Of a stretch of DNA of 64,000 bases, positions 43,900 through 59,344 are shown in pieces. The stretch is from the NCBI GenBank assembly GCA_964016885.1, contig OZ024746.1:44206001-44270000 (forward strand). The letters run 5' to 3'. Each line of letters opens with the position of its first letter. The first letter of the stretch is position 1. A program made the translations under genes and the position numbers. The notes under the pieces were generated by a model. That model did no database searches, was not told where the DNA came from, and saw only the letters and a list, made by a program, of their open reading frames with translations. The DNA comes from Eledone cirrhosa (Eukaryota).

Positions 43900-45535
43900 A
43901 AGCTAGAAAAATACAATTCTAACTTGAGTATAATTGTGAGAAAAATTGATGTTCTTCTCACTAGTCTGAACTTCCAGTTTCCTTTTATTACCTGTCCAAC
44001 ATCTGAGCAGAGACAGGATTTAATGATAGGTGAAACCACTTCCTTTGTGTATCAAAAGGCAGAGTGATATCACTCTACAGATGATGTGGGTATGTGAATC
44101 AACACAGTTTTACAAGAGTTTAAGAACATTTTTGGAAGCCTTTATCATTTTTTCAAGTCGACTAAATCCAAGACCAACAAAGTACAGCAGACTTGGAAGA
44201 GATTTTACACAAACATGTAAAAGTTTCCATCATTATCTAGAGTTATTATCAGAGAATATTTCATATTAACAGAACATAAGTCTTAATTCACACCATTAAG
44301 TCTAAACCAGGCAAGTATTCACATCAAGAAATACGGCAGCTGGATTTAATATCCCTACATTTCTGATGTATAGTACATCAAATGTAAAATGAATTCTGCA
44401 GTAGATACTTTATCATACAATTTCTACATTGATGCTTTACATTTAGAAAATATCACTGATTGCAATAAATCACAATTCTGATAGTAGATTTCCACAATTA
44501 TAGAAGTCTCTTCTCAACTTCAATGCAGTGCCCTTATCTTCTTCCACAGAAAATATTTAGTGACATTTCTATGAGACATGAAGTACCCTTTGTTCCAGTT
44601 CAATATCAACAAACTGTTTTTTCAGCACGACAGATTTATCACTTCCTAGAGTTGGCACTAGAGAAAAATTGATTTCTGCTTTTTTTTTTTTTGGCATGAT
44701 TGAACTTGGAGTTGTGTTGCTTGTCAAAAATCTAAAGTTCACAGATATATAAATACAGCTCTCAGGATATTTGCCACTGCAGGTAGTTGTTTTCAGTATA
44801 TACACATTTATATTGTGGGACCCTAGCTTCCTGAGCAAGTATATGTGTATTTGCTTTCCTAAATAGATTGTTTTTGTAGATGGCCTGAAGTCATTCTATG
44901 AAAGAATATAACAACCAAAGATATAGCTAAAGTTTTAAGTTTTGAATCGATCACACATTATTGGTGTCCATCAACCATAACAAAAAATATAGAAATGCTG
45001 TTTGAATTTAACATCTTCATGGAACGTACATGCTTCGAAGTCGAAGAATTCACTCTACAGCTTATCACCGTGTAGCAAACAGTATGATTAAAATATTTAA
45101 TCGTCAACTTATAACAGCAATTTGGTCATAGGAATACAGAGATGGCTAAAGAACTTGGTAATCATTTTATATGAATCCATTCAACTATAAAAAATGATTT
45201 CAGTTTTGTACCAGCTGAATTACTATGTGGTAGTAAGATACACTAAATGAACTTTTAGTAGTAGAAAATGCGACGAATTACATACATGATGACTACAGAT
45301 GTATATGTCAAAATTACCAAATATAGCACAATATCAGCAGACAGTTCACAGTAATTCCCCTGCGGATAAAATAAACTATGCTTATGTTTTCATTTACAGT
45401 GGCTTTATCTGAAAACCACTGGAAGCCCCTTACCTGATTCTTTCGTGTAATAAGAGTCCAAGCCACAAAGTTCTTAGTTGAAGTTAATGAACATAATGTG
45501 ACTATAATTATCAACTTTAAAAAAAAACCATATGT
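43900..45535 (+). pseudogene. Decayed Ty3/Gypsy LTR-retrotransposon pol (RNase H, integrase zinc finger, core, GPY/F-like end)
   Basis: Read across frameshifts: FFSSRLNPRPTKYSRLGRD, FHHYLE..TEHKSL, PFVP..CVACQKSKVHRY, IHIYIVGP.LP..YLLS.IDCFCRWPEVI, HSTAYHRVANSMIKIFNRQL, PLEAPY. Confidence 0.85.
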
Positions 45536-47109
45536 TAACATTTCATTTTCAGAAACATTCAATAAAAAAATTATGACATAACAAAACCTTGTACTCCAAT
45601 GTCCATTAACAAGGATATCAAGCAAGATCACAAGACTGTTATTACAAGTAGTAGAAAAAGTCATTGGCCAACCAAATATTCCAAAGTTTTCTACATCAAA
45701 ACTATTGAAAGACTAATTTTAGAAAAATCAATGACATTGTTTGACAAAATAAATTAAAAACGTTCAATTATACATGCAGACATCCCACATGCATTCTGCT
45801 GTACAATTTCCCTTATAACATTAAATTGATTTGCTGTGCATATACAGCAATTGATTCGATATGTTACACCTTTTACTTTATTTTGCTTTGCATATTCTAT
45901 CATTCATTTGATATGTTACACCTTACATCTTTGCTATGATTTGCATTTTTTGTCATTCCTTTGAAATGTTATATTATATAATTTTGTTTTCATGCTTATT
46001 CCCTTATTCCATTTATTATGCTTACTGATAATGTTTTCAAATATTCTGCATTAATTGCTCAGTTTATATATGCATGTTTGCACATATGCAGAGTTAGTTG
46101 TCAAACATGTATCACTTTTCTTTCCAGATCTCTGCACTCTAAGTTCAACTTTGAATTTTATCCTTTTGAGATTGATAAATAAAGCATCAGTCCAGGCTAA
46201 TTCTTCCTCTGTAACTTCCCCCGTCTCTCTCTCTCTCTAAGAAATCGACCTGGAGAAAGATGGATTTCACAAAGTTTAAATGCCTGTGTTACATATGTCA
46301 TGATCATGACCCATGAATCCATTAGGAAGATCCATGGCATAGTATCTACACACACACACTCGTATGTGGGAATGTGCAAGCATCGAAAAATAGATGTTAA
46401 ATGGTGATGATGATGTTGAAGACGATGATGGTTATATATATATGAATATGTATCAGTTCAAGAGGACTCATCTGCTGTGTCAAAGACAACAATTTCTTTT
46501 GTGTTTGTACCATGATAACATGCACTTGGTAGAGTATTGGATCATATGCCAAGCTTCTGGCTCAGTAGAGCAATCAATAGAGTATGGAAACTTATATAAG
46601 TGGGATGCATATCCCTCACTGTTTGAGTACTGACTAGAGTGTAATGGCACATTCAACCATTAAATGATGATGATGATATATATATATATATAGAGAGAGA
46701 GATAGATAGAGTCTACGGTGCTGAGACCAAGGACACCACTAATCATGTGAGTACTCAATACATGGGGAGATGTAGAGTGGGTACAGAGATACGTTCAGCT
46801 TGCTGAACACTAACTGAAACCGCTTGGTGCTGCAGTCGGGACTTTACACATCTCTCTCTCTGTGAGAGAGAGAGAGAGAGAGAGAGAGATTATAGCAGTG
46901 AAAATATGACAATGCTAGAGTTATAACAACGATAGGGGAGGGAAATAACAGCCATAATAGGCATTATTTAAAGTGAAACAACACAAATGTTTTAGCTTCA
47001 ATGTATTTACTACCTTGCGGGGAACATTGTTACAGTTTGAACAATTTTGTTGGCTGGTGCCTATGCTTTGCAAGATTATTGATGTGAAATCATGTGTTGA
47101 AATAGTTAG

Positions 47110-48120
47110 TGTTATACTTTGGGAGGGTCATGCCAATAAAACATATATTATCAAAGCTCTTTCATCACACAACATGTGACCTTCTCAATGACTGATGTTG
47201 CTTGTCTGTATGTCCTCTTTATTCTGATCTTGTTTTATTTAGTCCATCTTCTATTTTCGGGGTGTGTATCTTGTCTGCTTTTGCGTCTGTGGGTGTATCT
47301 CTCTGCTGCTACTTCCATGACCTTCTGTATTTGGCATGTGTGTTAGCCCATGTATGTGTGTTTTTATATCTTATTTCTCCTCAAAGACTTAGTTCACATG
47401 TGTTCTTTTTTCATCTTTCTCTCTCATATCTCTTGTCCATCAATAGGTAGTTGTTTTTCTACCTTTAGTATTTTATGTGTGGGGGAGGGGGATTCTGTCT
47501 GTGTATCCTCTTAGACTTATTCTTGTGTGTCCTTGTAGTGTCCTTAGTTGCTAGGTTGTGGCTTTGTTGTTATTCCATTCATGCCTTCTATTGACTTTAG
47601 GCTGACATTCATTTATATGTGTTGCTTCCTTAATCTCTCTGAGCATTGCATCTGTTTTGTGTGTAGATATAATTTTTACTTCAATATTTTTATGTGAGAT
47701 TCTATGTTCTAGTTTGGCATACAGGTAGAGCACTGATGAGATTTTTTTGGAATTCTCATGAGTGCTCTTACAACCTTTCTCCTATGCCATAAGCCATCTC
47801 ACCTATATATGTTGCAGTCCTATTTCTAGATTGTATTTCTGTGCAGTGTATGCTAGAAACTACATTTATAGTTTTACAGTTTAACTTTAGGCTTAAAAGT
47901 AAGTCCACAAAGTACAAGGTCCTTTTTAAAAAGGGTATATTCTGCTGATCAGAGCTTTTATAGAAATTATTGGTTTTTCTATTATATTAATTGTTAATGT
48001 TAATTTATCGAAAGCTCCTCTAACTCTATAAGCTAGTTTGACTTTGGGGATAGCATCCACAAACATCACACCCTGATATGTTTTGCTGCCATACCAAGAA
48101 ATGATTTTACCTTCTTTTTT
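47110..48120 (-). mobile_element. Older, decayed copy of the PLE family at 19921-21352
   Basis: AKLEH..NIEVKIISTHKTDAMLREIKEATHINECQPKVNR. Shared 3' end TTATTGGC..ATGACCCTCCCAAAGTATAAC. Degenerate hammerhead at 47149-47193. Confidence 0.85.
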
Positions 48121-48382
48121 CTATCTAAGAGGTGCAATAAACAGGTTCAAAGGTGAAATTTCTGTATCAAAGTTGAAGTTTACAAAATTTATGCCTAACA
48201 ACTAGCAAGTACAACAACCACCAACAGAAGGTGTGAGTAGATATACTTTGTATGTGTTAGCCATATCCATACTCAAAGATGTTCTTAATTTTTTGTGTAT
48301 ATGTATTCTCATATGCTGAAACACGATGATAATGATGGATAAGAAGAATGAAAAGAAGAAAAAGTATATATATTGTGAAGAT

Positions 48383-48700
48383 TGATGGCTCAGTGGTTAG
48401 AGTATTGGGCTTGCAACCATAAGGTTCCTGAACCAGGCAGTGTGTTGTGTCCTTGAGCAAGACACCTTATTTCACATTACTTCAGTTTCCTCAACTGTAG
48501 AAATGAGTTGTGACACCATTGGTGCCAAGCTGTATCAATTTTTGCCTTTTCCTTCGACAACACCAGTGGTGTGGAGAGGAGCGACTGGTATGCATGTGTC
48601 ATGACTGGTCTTCCACAACCAACCTTGCCGAGATTTGTGCCTCAAAGGAGAACTTTCTTGGTGCAACCCATGGTCATTCATGTCTGAATGGGGTACTTAA
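48383..48700 (+). mobile_element. tRNA-derived SINE with a family A head and core but a different 3' half
   Basis: TGGCTCAGTGGTTAGAG, GTGTCCTTGAGCAAGACAC, CTGTAGAAATGAG, then a non-RTE tail. Confidence 0.75.
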
Positions 48701-48715
48701 CTTTTACTCTCTCTC

Positions 48716-48747
<32 letters not shown>

Positions 48748-51237
48748 CATATCAATGCCCCAGCATGGCTTCAGCCCATGTGTTGGAACATGTAAAATAT
48801 TTAACAAGTATATATATGAGCAGACATGTTAAATATGAATATATTTATAAATAAATATACACAATCACATATATGCATTTGCACATGCCGATATATACAT
48901 ACATACACACAAACATGTCTTTAAATTTGTAGTACAGTTACTTTTTTCTTTGTATTGCAATAAATCAATATCAGTTTGCAATTGAAAAAAAAAGATTGTA
49001 ATATATTTCAGTGCACTTATGGAAATGAATCAACAAAAGTATTTCTAATGATGTAAAAGAAGCAATATAATTCTTTATCATCATTTATACGAATATATGG
49101 CATTCTTTTGTTTCGTTAACTTTATATTTTATATTCAGTAAGGTGAAAAGCACAAAACTGAAATTCTTAAATTTATTTTCTCTACATGTGACAATGTTTC
49201 ATTGAAGCTAACTATTAGATATCAAAGATGAAGAAAAAAAATTACTTTTTGCACTAATGAAATTACAATTTCTTGAATGTTCTATTTTTAGTTATTAAAT
49301 TGCATGTTGTAGGTAGTTATAGAGCTGGCTGTGAATTATGTGTTTTCACTATTTCAAAATATTCCATCATTTATAACAGTGAACTTTTGCACCTCTGTAG
49401 CTGATTGCTTGATCAGATCAGTTGTATGTTTTAGTGGGAAATGTTTAAAATGTGTGAAATTATTTAAAAGTTATATGATAAAATAAGAGAAAAGAATGAA
49501 AAGAAATCCGAAAAAATAAAAAAACATATGAAGAAAAAAACATGAAACAATTTTTATTTTAGATATAACACCAATTTACTTCTCAACAAGTATCTGAGAA
49601 ACCTTTTTAAAAGATGGTGTGGAAATAAATATATGACTTGAAAATAAAGAATTTCAAAACAAAGAATGAAATAATAATAAAAACATTCTAAAGCCATGAA
49701 TTATATTATAGAAATATATTTAAAACATAGTTTTAAAAGATAGCATCAAAACGTTCGAATATTATAAATACTGTGACAGTGTAAAAATCCTCCATTATGT
49801 TTCATCCTAAGAAGCTTTATTCACACCGTTGTTATAGTTTCCCAGTCTTTCTTTCACTATTTATCATTATTTTATAATTTTCTACGTCCTTATTTACAAC
49901 TGCACATTTCTTATTTTTCAACCCCCCTCTCTCTCAAACACACACACATACATATATATGCCTTATCTAATGTTTCTGCTTCCATATCCAGTACAGTTCT
50001 TTTTTACTAACTAAATATATTCTATTATATGTCGTTGCTAACTGAAAGGACAAACAGCTCTAGAAAGAAAATACGGCAAACAAATAATTTCCAGCTTATA
50101 TCTGAATAGAAACGCAGATGGTAAAGTGACTTTGAGGAAATATGCAACATTTATTTCTGTATACAAATAAAATTTAAAGCTTATTATTGCTTGAATGACA
50201 GCAGGTTTATTTTGTTTACTTGGAATTTAAGCTTTATATGTAGCTGTTAATTTGAAGTGAAATTTTCCCATTTTAAACAGAAACTAGGATCAGATTTAGT
50301 CAATACATAACTCACCTGTGTTTCTATGTAGACAGACAGTAGAATTTGGCTAGTTACTTCATACAGACATTCCTATGTATTATCACAACCAGATACTGGT
50401 TAACAAGTTTATTCAGAAAATTAACAAAAAAAGAATAAAACTTGTGCTAATTTTCTTTAATCAAGTTTTTAAACTAAACAAAAATAACGTAAAAATAATG
50501 AAGATAATTAATTTTACACCTTTCACATTCTCTGAAAGGTTGTTTAAGACTAAATGTATAAAACAACTGATATATAATCAGCAACATATATCATCTATCT
50601 GAATTTTGCCCGAATGTGAAGACCCCCCTTATACACTCACCTTCAAGTATTTACATTTAATTTCAACCAAGAAAACGTATAAATGTTTATAAATTCAAAT
50701 GGAAATTGATTCCCAAATTGCAAATTAATCATAAAAATAATCTTTTCTTTCATTGTTTGATTTTTAAAGTTTATATATATATATTTCAATAATCATCATA
50801 TATGCAGGATTTTTACATTATAATAGAAAGTAGAAACACCTGACCTTTAGTATTTATTATCAGATGCATAGAAATGACATCAATTTAACACCAATTGAAT
50901 TTGAAATGAGTACCAATTGACATGGAATTAATTGGTTCAAGGAATCTAATACAGGTACAAATAACATATGCATTGAAGTTTTCTGATTTTATTTTGGTTT
51001 TGTTTGATTTTTTTCTGCTTTGTTAATAATAAATATGTATGAATTATATCAAACAAATTGACTAAATCAGTTATTCGTCTTGATAATGTCAAATTCCCCT
51101 TTGCTACATTGCTGAAATGAATTTCGCTAGTTATTATATAACCTAGAGATTAGGTTTAGTCAAGGAGATCTGCTCTAGTATATTATAGATTCTTCTGTTT
51201 AATATGTGCCAGTTAATAATATCTTATTATATTTAAT

Positions 51238-52050
51238 CCTTCTTCTTCTTCTTCATCCACTTATTCCTGAGAGGGTTGTGGGGCAGAGTCCTCAAACTCT
51301 CTCCAGTGGGTCCTAGCAGAAGCAACCATTTCCAACTGATCTGGTTCAATACCCAAGCATGACTAGCCAAGCCCATATATATTATCCAACCATCTTGCTC
51401 GCCGTCTACCTCTGGATCTCCTACCTGTTGGTTTCACCTGTAAAATCTGTCCAGTGATTCTTTCCTGAGACATTCAAACCACATGCCCATAGTATCAGAG
51501 CTGTGATCTCTCAATTCAAAGAAGTAGCAGCTCTACCTGGACTGACTCTCTGATCTCTGTGCTACGCACTTTATTGAGTAACATTACCCCAAAGACCCTT
51601 CAGAGGAATCCCATTTCGGCTGCTTGTACTTGTGATTGTATTCTTTCGGTCAGTACCAAAGATGCATGACCATAGGTAAGGGTTGGCATAAAAACTGAAT
51701 TGAAGACAGCGAGTTTGGGTTTTATGCCTACCTTCCTTCTTCTGATTACTGAATACTGAAGCTGGATCATTACTGCACCAGCTTTCGCAATTCTTGCACT
51801 TAATTCAGCTTCTTGACTTTCATCACTTGTGAACATGACCCCGAGGTTCTTCAACTTCTCTACCTGCTTCAGTGAAACTCCATTCACATGTAGAGTGCAC
51901 TGCACAGGCTTCCTTGAGAGGACGAGTGTCTCAGTTTTTGCAGTACCGATTTTCATTCCAGCCATGCAGCACTAGGCATCAAACCTATCAAGTGCAAGTT
52001 GAAGATCATCTTCTGACGAGTTGAGTAACACCATGTCGTCTGCAAATTCC
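51238..52050 (-). mobile_element. 5'-truncated RTE-clade LINE
   Basis: EFADDMVL, GMKIGTAKTE, PTLTYGHAS..QAAEMGFL. (CTT)n at 51238-51253. Confidence 0.92.
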
Positions 52051-55000
52051 AGAGAAATAAAATACAAATGTTGACATCATCAGGATTTCAGTACATTTAC
52101 TAAAATGTTAGAAGATAAATATTACACTGAATTTAGATTGGCATAGAACTGTCCCAGCCTACCTTCATAATTTTATTCAATAATATTAAATGACTTTGAA
52201 TGTTGATTTCATAATAATCATTTCTAATATCATGGCTCTATATTTAGCATGATGAAAATATGACTAAAACTATGAGAACATTAGGAAACAATTAAAATGC
52301 AACAATTAAAAAAAACTTTAAAATTATGACAGTAAAATGGACATGCATGTAACAAACAAACAAGACTAACCCATGGATAGTTTGATATGTTAAAAATATT
52401 GGGGAAATTATACAGAATTGAGTCTTTGGATATTTAAGGTAATTAAACTATTTTAAAATATTCATGCATATTAATTGTACATCAGGTTAAAATTATCTTA
52501 TAAGAATTCAACATTTGAACATTTGTGTCAACAACTAGTAATGTTTTGTCTTAATGAGCAATCATTTATTCATATATTTGTAAAAACAGAAGTCATCAGC
52601 AATATATTTAAGACATTAAAATTGTCAGACCTATGATACTGTGTAAACTATTATATTTTATAGAAACAATATAGATATTAACTAATTTACATTTTAATTT
52701 TGTAAAAATTTTTTTCTTTGAACAATTAAGTATAAATATATAAACTCTTTTCTTATTTTTAACAATTTGTAGTTGCAATGCGTTTATAATATTTCTGTTT
52801 TATTTTAGTATCCTCTATTCATTAGTCAAAAATGTTGATGTTTTACTAATAATTTTGACTAGTATTCATATTTATTTTTGCTGATACATACCATTTAACT
52901 GTTTCACGAATGTGTCATTCTATTTACAAAATCATTTGTTGAAACAGAAAATGTTCACTGGGAAAGGTAACAATATTTTATCAAATAGATAACAGTTCAA
53001 ATTATCTATTTTTCAATCCATGAAGAACCAATTTAATAACATTAAGTAATTTACAACTCAATTGATGAGTGATAGATTTTCAAAACAAAGAAATATTTAG
53101 CAATTCTTTGATGGGATCCTGGACTGTGGTATTTTTATATACTGGAATAATTAAAGGTTGTGCTCTGTGTGACGTTTTCATTTTAGAAAGTGTTTAAAGA
53201 ATAATTGTGATCTACTACAATATGATGATAGGCATATAAAATCTAATGGCTCCTTTAAATTCTAAAACATATATTCATAATATCAATGTTAGCAAATACA
53301 CATATGAAACTTTTGCAATGATGTGTATGTGGTTTTATTTATGCTTCAAATTGTATCATTTTCAGAAGTTTTGTTTAAAATTGAATATTTTGATATGCTA
53401 ATATATACATTTATACATTCTTATACGGAGAGTAGACTTTTTTTTAGAAATTAACTTTTGTTCTGATAGCTTACAAAGTTTTCTATTATTTAATTTGTAA
53501 CATAACATCATATATGTTTTGGTGCTATTGTTTTATTCAAATGAATTTCATTATCCCCTGATTATATAACTTCAAAATATTGTAATGACAGACACCATTC
53601 AATAATTTCCTCCTTTCGATTTAATTAATACTTGTAATTTATTTAAATACTGACATTTTCTACATTAAGAGAACCGTTAAAAAGATCTATACAAATATCA
53701 ATTATATGTAACATAAAACAGTGTCTACATCCATCAACATTTGATTATTCTAATTACTGAACAGAGAGACAAGGTGTTACATAATCAAATCAAAAGGGGA
53801 ATAGCTAGCAATACTAGAAAAGAAAACAAAAGCTGTTAAAGCAACATAAGACATCACAATAATTAACAATAACAATTGTACCTTATACGGTAAATAATTT
53901 ACATTTTTTAAATTGTTTTCTTCCTAATTAAAGGATGTCAACTTTTACAAGTTTGAAATGTTTAAGTTTTTCTATTATTAAAACAAACTAGTAATAAAAA
54001 TGTTCTCAGATTTGATGATTGCTTTGAATAGTTTTTATAATCATTTCCAACAAGATTTCTAACCATATTTTCTCTAAACAAATTTAGTGATTTATATGCA
54101 TAATGTTCTTTTGAATGAATTGTGCAATCTGCGCATTATAAATATTTGCTTCATGGAATTTACTTATCTTAAAGACCATGTTCATATTATCCTCATTGAA
54201 AATGTAAATAAATAAAAGTAGTTAACTGTAAGAAATAGTTACTTTAATATTCTCTATTTAGACATGACTAGTTTAATATTTGTAAGTGAAATATCATATC
54301 ATAATTCAAAAGCTTGTACTGCAATGTATATTTTTACTCTGATTACATTTAACATGCAGCCTATTCTATATATTTCAATACAAAATTTATTTTAAAAATA
54401 AAGTGCTAATAGGAAGTCTGATATATACCAAATTCAAAAACATTAAAATATCTTTCTAAAACTGTTGAGTAACCTAAAATATTTGTATTTATTTCACAGA
54501 AGAGTATTGTGATATTTCTCATGAATTAAAAATAAGATGCCAGTAGCTCTTCCTTATAAATATATATTCTGTATTCTATGTGATTTATTTATTAGGCTCC
54601 AGGTAAATTCACTGAACATTGCTACTATATAGAGGAAATTCCCACGTCCTTTTTCCTGAAGAAACGTACTGGTTGATGATAATCTTTGATCACTTGAGAT
54701 GGCTATGTCTTCTATATGTCCATATGTTATAACAATTGTTTGTCTTAAGTCTGAAAATTAAGAATTCTGTGGACATTGAACTATTATATTGAATAATGTT
54801 TCCTTGAAGTTTCTTAATTTTGCTCAGTCATAGCTAACCACACAAATATGCATGTATATTTTCTCTTGAAATGGAGAGCAAGATGAAATAGTTTAGGAAA
54901 ATCATCCAGCATACGTGACTAAAAGATTTCTGAAAAGGCTGGATAACTCTTCCTCAAAACCTAGAGAATTTTCCAGGTTAGTTTAAAAAAAAACTCAACA

Positions 55001-56829
55001 AAGCATAAACACCAATGTTCCACTAAAAGATATGGCCCAACTTCTGGCAGATTGTAATAACTTGATACACTCCAGATTCTGAGAGTTCATCATTGGCTTG
55101 CATCTGACACAAGACTAGAGCTCAGTCAACTGTAGTATTCTAGCCAAGTCAAATCTGTAGTATTTAAAAAATGTGCAGCAGATATCAGAATGCAAAAGTG
55201 CAATTTTACTTTATGTTATCAGTTATCATGCAATCCTTCATAACAGTAAGACAAATGGTGAACAGTAAACTTTTTAAAATTTTAATATTTCCAAGGAACA
55301 GCATTTTGAATCAAAATAAATTTCATTAAGTTTCATACCAGTACAATCTTTATGAACTATGCAGTCAAAAGGTAAACAAAAACAGCTTCATAATATTATT
55401 TATCTTAACATCTAAATATGACAAGACCAAATAAGTTGATCTGTAAAACAAAACAGCAAATACGTATGAAAGAAACAGAAATAAACAAGATTTGAATACT
55501 TAGATGTATTAAAGCATTTTTATTTCTAAACCAAACCTCTCAGGTAACATCACTGAACAATCCTATTATTTATGGTGAAAATATAATCCCATTATGAGAC
55601 CACAAATGGACAACAGAAGATTATTGAATATAAAAGAACATTAGCTGAAACAGGAAAACATAAAAATGAGAAAGCTTATAAAATGAAAAGCATCTAATAA
55701 TATAGAATGTGTTACAACAGAACAGAAGTGCAACAACAAATTAAACTAGGGACAAATTCAAAATCAGTTTTTTAAAGAATAACAAAATAACCTAGTATTA
55801 AGAGAAATAGATCAATTCAACCATTGTGAAATTCCAAATTACAATATAAAAGATAAAATTAAGACTTGAAAAAGTACAATCAATGTAGTTTTGAACATAT
55901 TACTTCCTAGTGAGATATCATATGAACTACTGAGGCATTGGCTTAGTAGTACAGAAAATAATAATGGATGAAAAGCAACTACATAATGCCTGAGAATTGT
56001 GATGTAGATGCAAATGAAGAAACTGGTATTGAAAGCATTGAAACTATAAAAGGATAATTATTATATTTGATGACAATGTGCATATAACATTGATAAAACA
56101 GCATTCCAAAGAAGTTTCTTTTTCAGGGCTGGAAAGCGCCCCTGCCTTGATTAGTTGCTAACAGACTAGAAGGCTCAAATGTATTTGACATTTGAGTGTA
56201 GTTTGCATATCTTGGAAAACATATTATATATCCTATACTAAATCCATAAAAGGCCATCTTGCTAATTAGATATGACTCACCAACCAATACATTACAACAA
56301 ATTGGTATTGATATATTGTCTTTTTATATATCTTCTACCTCTACTGCAATAACTTCTGATTTTAGGAACTATAAAACTGCATACAACCACCATTGAGTAC
56401 CATCGTCTACACATGCCTATTCTCTTATACTCATTGTGTTTCAATCACTCAAAGCCTGTCCAATCATTCTTCTTCATAGCTACAATCCTTTGGGATTCTC
56501 TCCCTCATGTTTATTTTCCCTTTTTTTCATAAGCCACTAACAATAAACGTTCAATCTGAACATTAGCTATATCAATATCACTATCCTTAGATGGCTGAGA
56601 AAGGTTGCAAATATTAATTCGGCTCTTTAAAGATGTTATCAGAATGTGTACAATGTGTAGATTTGTAAATGTGGCCAAATATAAGAATTTGAAAGGTTCC
56701 AAATAGATATTTTAAAGATAAGTTGCCTCCTAAAATCTAGTAGAATTAACAAGGGGAAATTCTTAAAAGGATATCCGTCAAAAGGTATTTAACAGTTAAT
56801 AGCAGTAATGAATATTTCTAATATAAAAC

Positions 56830-57240
56830 ATAAAAACTACTTTAAACAGATTGTCAACACCTGCAAGTATTTTGCTTGTGAAACAATGGACATATTCGAA
56901 AATTTTAAAAATTTGTTTACAATTTTCCTTAGCAAGGTTTTAGATGTATCAAAGGTAAATAAACTTAATTTGATTATAAATCACATAGCAGCAGACATTT
57001 TTACATTCTTGGGTTATTTTACTGAAGTACTTTACATTGTTAAACATATGATAAGAAAAAGAAAAAGAAAAGAGATTGAAGATTTTATAGAAATCAATTA
57101 GTTTACAGTCAAGGTGAAGACAGAAATCTTTCTTGCTACTTTAAAATTACCAGTTCAAGAGTGCAGCTATAAACATATGTTCTGACTACTAACATATACT
57201 GTGAGATACTACTGTAGAGGTCATTTGAAATGGCAGCTTT
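56830..57240 (+). pseudogene. Possible decayed LTR-retrotransposon gag remnant
   Basis: FENF..KVNKLNLIINHIAADIF and FLATLKL..QECSY resemble invertebrate Gypsy gag. Weak support. Confidence 0.3.
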
Positions 57241-59344
57241 CAATTTCAGACAACTATATTCAAAGTATTTGCAATTAAAAAATAAGCTCAATGCAAATTA
57301 GCAGCTGATTCATGTCCATTAAGTGAAATCAATGAAATCATCCAAAAATTAAATTTTGAGCAGTTTGTTTGAACTAATGATGTACAAAAGGCAAGATATA
57401 GTAGTACAATTAGTTTGAGTAAGTAATCTATAATATTTCTGTTAACTAAACAAAGAAACAAATAAATAAACAAGTTAGCTGCTCTGGAAATAACAATGTA
57501 TCAACCAAAAAAGAAACTATATACCAAATTCAAAACAAAGCTGGAAAAAATATTTGCAAAATACAAACAACTTTATACAAAAACATAAAATTAAAGATGT
57601 ACATGATTTTGAAGACAAATAAAACAATACAATTATTGAATTTGTAACAGGAACAATCCGGAGACTACAAAGATTTGAATAAATAATAAATCAACTATAA
57701 CAGAATATAATGTTCTGGGAAGGTAAACAAAGCCTATAAAGATTAATAAACACTAAAATCATTAAAGAAAAGAAACTCAGTAAAATGGAAAAAAACTACA
57801 AGAAATTTAGAAAAGCATACTTGAATACTAGCAGTAATATTAGCTATTGCCTGGGTTTTTATAAGCTATCTGAAATAAATCACAGCCAATGATTTTCTCC
57901 TGGAGGAGATGGCTCTTATGCAAAATCTTGACTACTTGAAGCTAAACTGTAGCTTAAAACTTGGAAAAGACATACATTCACTTTTATAAATAAAGAAGGA
58001 CAAATGGAGAGATAATTCTGTCTGTCTATATTTTTCTCAGTATTTCTCTTTCATTTTCAATAAGCTGTATCTTAAAGACAGAATGAACTCTATACAAGTT
58101 AAATACAGAGTAAGAATTTTATTGAGGTAATAAGATTGTTCAGTGCTTCTCATTGACCAGTAGTTTTATCCTAGTTGGGAACCTCCTGATAAAACCGAAC
58201 ACTCATAGCTAGGCTGGAACCAATGTTCACTGTGAGGCAATGTGTTTAAATGTGTCTAACAAATTACTCTGTGATTAACTTGTAACAAGTTCAATTTTCT
58301 CAATAATATATATATCAGTATTGAAGACACACATTGCCTCCAGATTTGATGTAAAAATCTTCCTGAATTCTCTTTTGTGTCTGGAACAATACTCTTTATC
58401 TGAATAGCAAGTGTGTTTGTGTGTACAGGTGTGTGTAAGCTTGTGTGTGTGCACAGTTTCCATCATAGAATTGTGGCAATATTAATATAACTCTTTCTTA
58501 TATACATGTGTGTGTGTATATATATATGAAAATTAATTTGAGGTTCTTTAAATATTGTGGGGGGACCCCCCCCCCAGATTCAGCCCAATCAGGCCCCTGC
58601 ACTAATCTGCCAGGGGATTATGTATTATCACTAGATATATTTCTGATCATAGTGTTAGTACTCATATAAGACAGACAGACAAAAGATGTAGAGAGAGAAA
58701 ATTATTATATGAATAACCCACATTCCACACAAAATAAGCATGCACATTATATATATATATATGTATGTATGTATGTGTATGTGTGTGTGTATGTGTGTGC
58801 GTGTGTGTGTTAGTTTGTACATGTGTATACATAAAACTAGTATCACAAAAGTAATATATAGCACTTGTATGTAGTGGTGGCTGTGTACAAATATATTTTT
58901 ATATATATATAAAAGCTGGAAGGTATAAAACAAGTGAGATAATTATGATAGAGAGAACAAATTAATAGTGGCAACAGCAGTATTAATATTATTTATAAGA
59001 GGAAGTAGCATGCCCAGACGCAGAAAATAACTGCAACTATGTTCAGTTGCTATAAAGATAGTTTATAAAAATTGGGTAAAGTCGCTTAGAGACAGAAAAA
59101 AGTGTTGCGGCTGTCTCTACGAAGAATTGAACTACATATCACCCAAACATCAGCTAGATGCTCTAACAATTGAGCTAAGGAAACCCTGAAAACATATTAC
59201 CATCTAAATTACAGAGCTAAGTCAAACATCTTTTGGAAATTGCTGTTATTTTTTGTGTTTTAGCATCTTATAAATTTATTTCCTTAGCTCTTTGAAAGTT
59301 AAAAAATTCGAGCTTCACACACAAAGTATTATTAACTAAGATCG

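Noticed and set aside
50311-50645. Two minus-strand AG/GTGAGT donor consensus sites
   Set aside because: No credible open exon or acceptor upstream of either.
54590-57900. Coding-like decayed stretches (possible old LINE or R4 remnants)
   Set aside because: No diagnostic motif could be read with confidence, apart from the weak gag-like segment listed as a feature.
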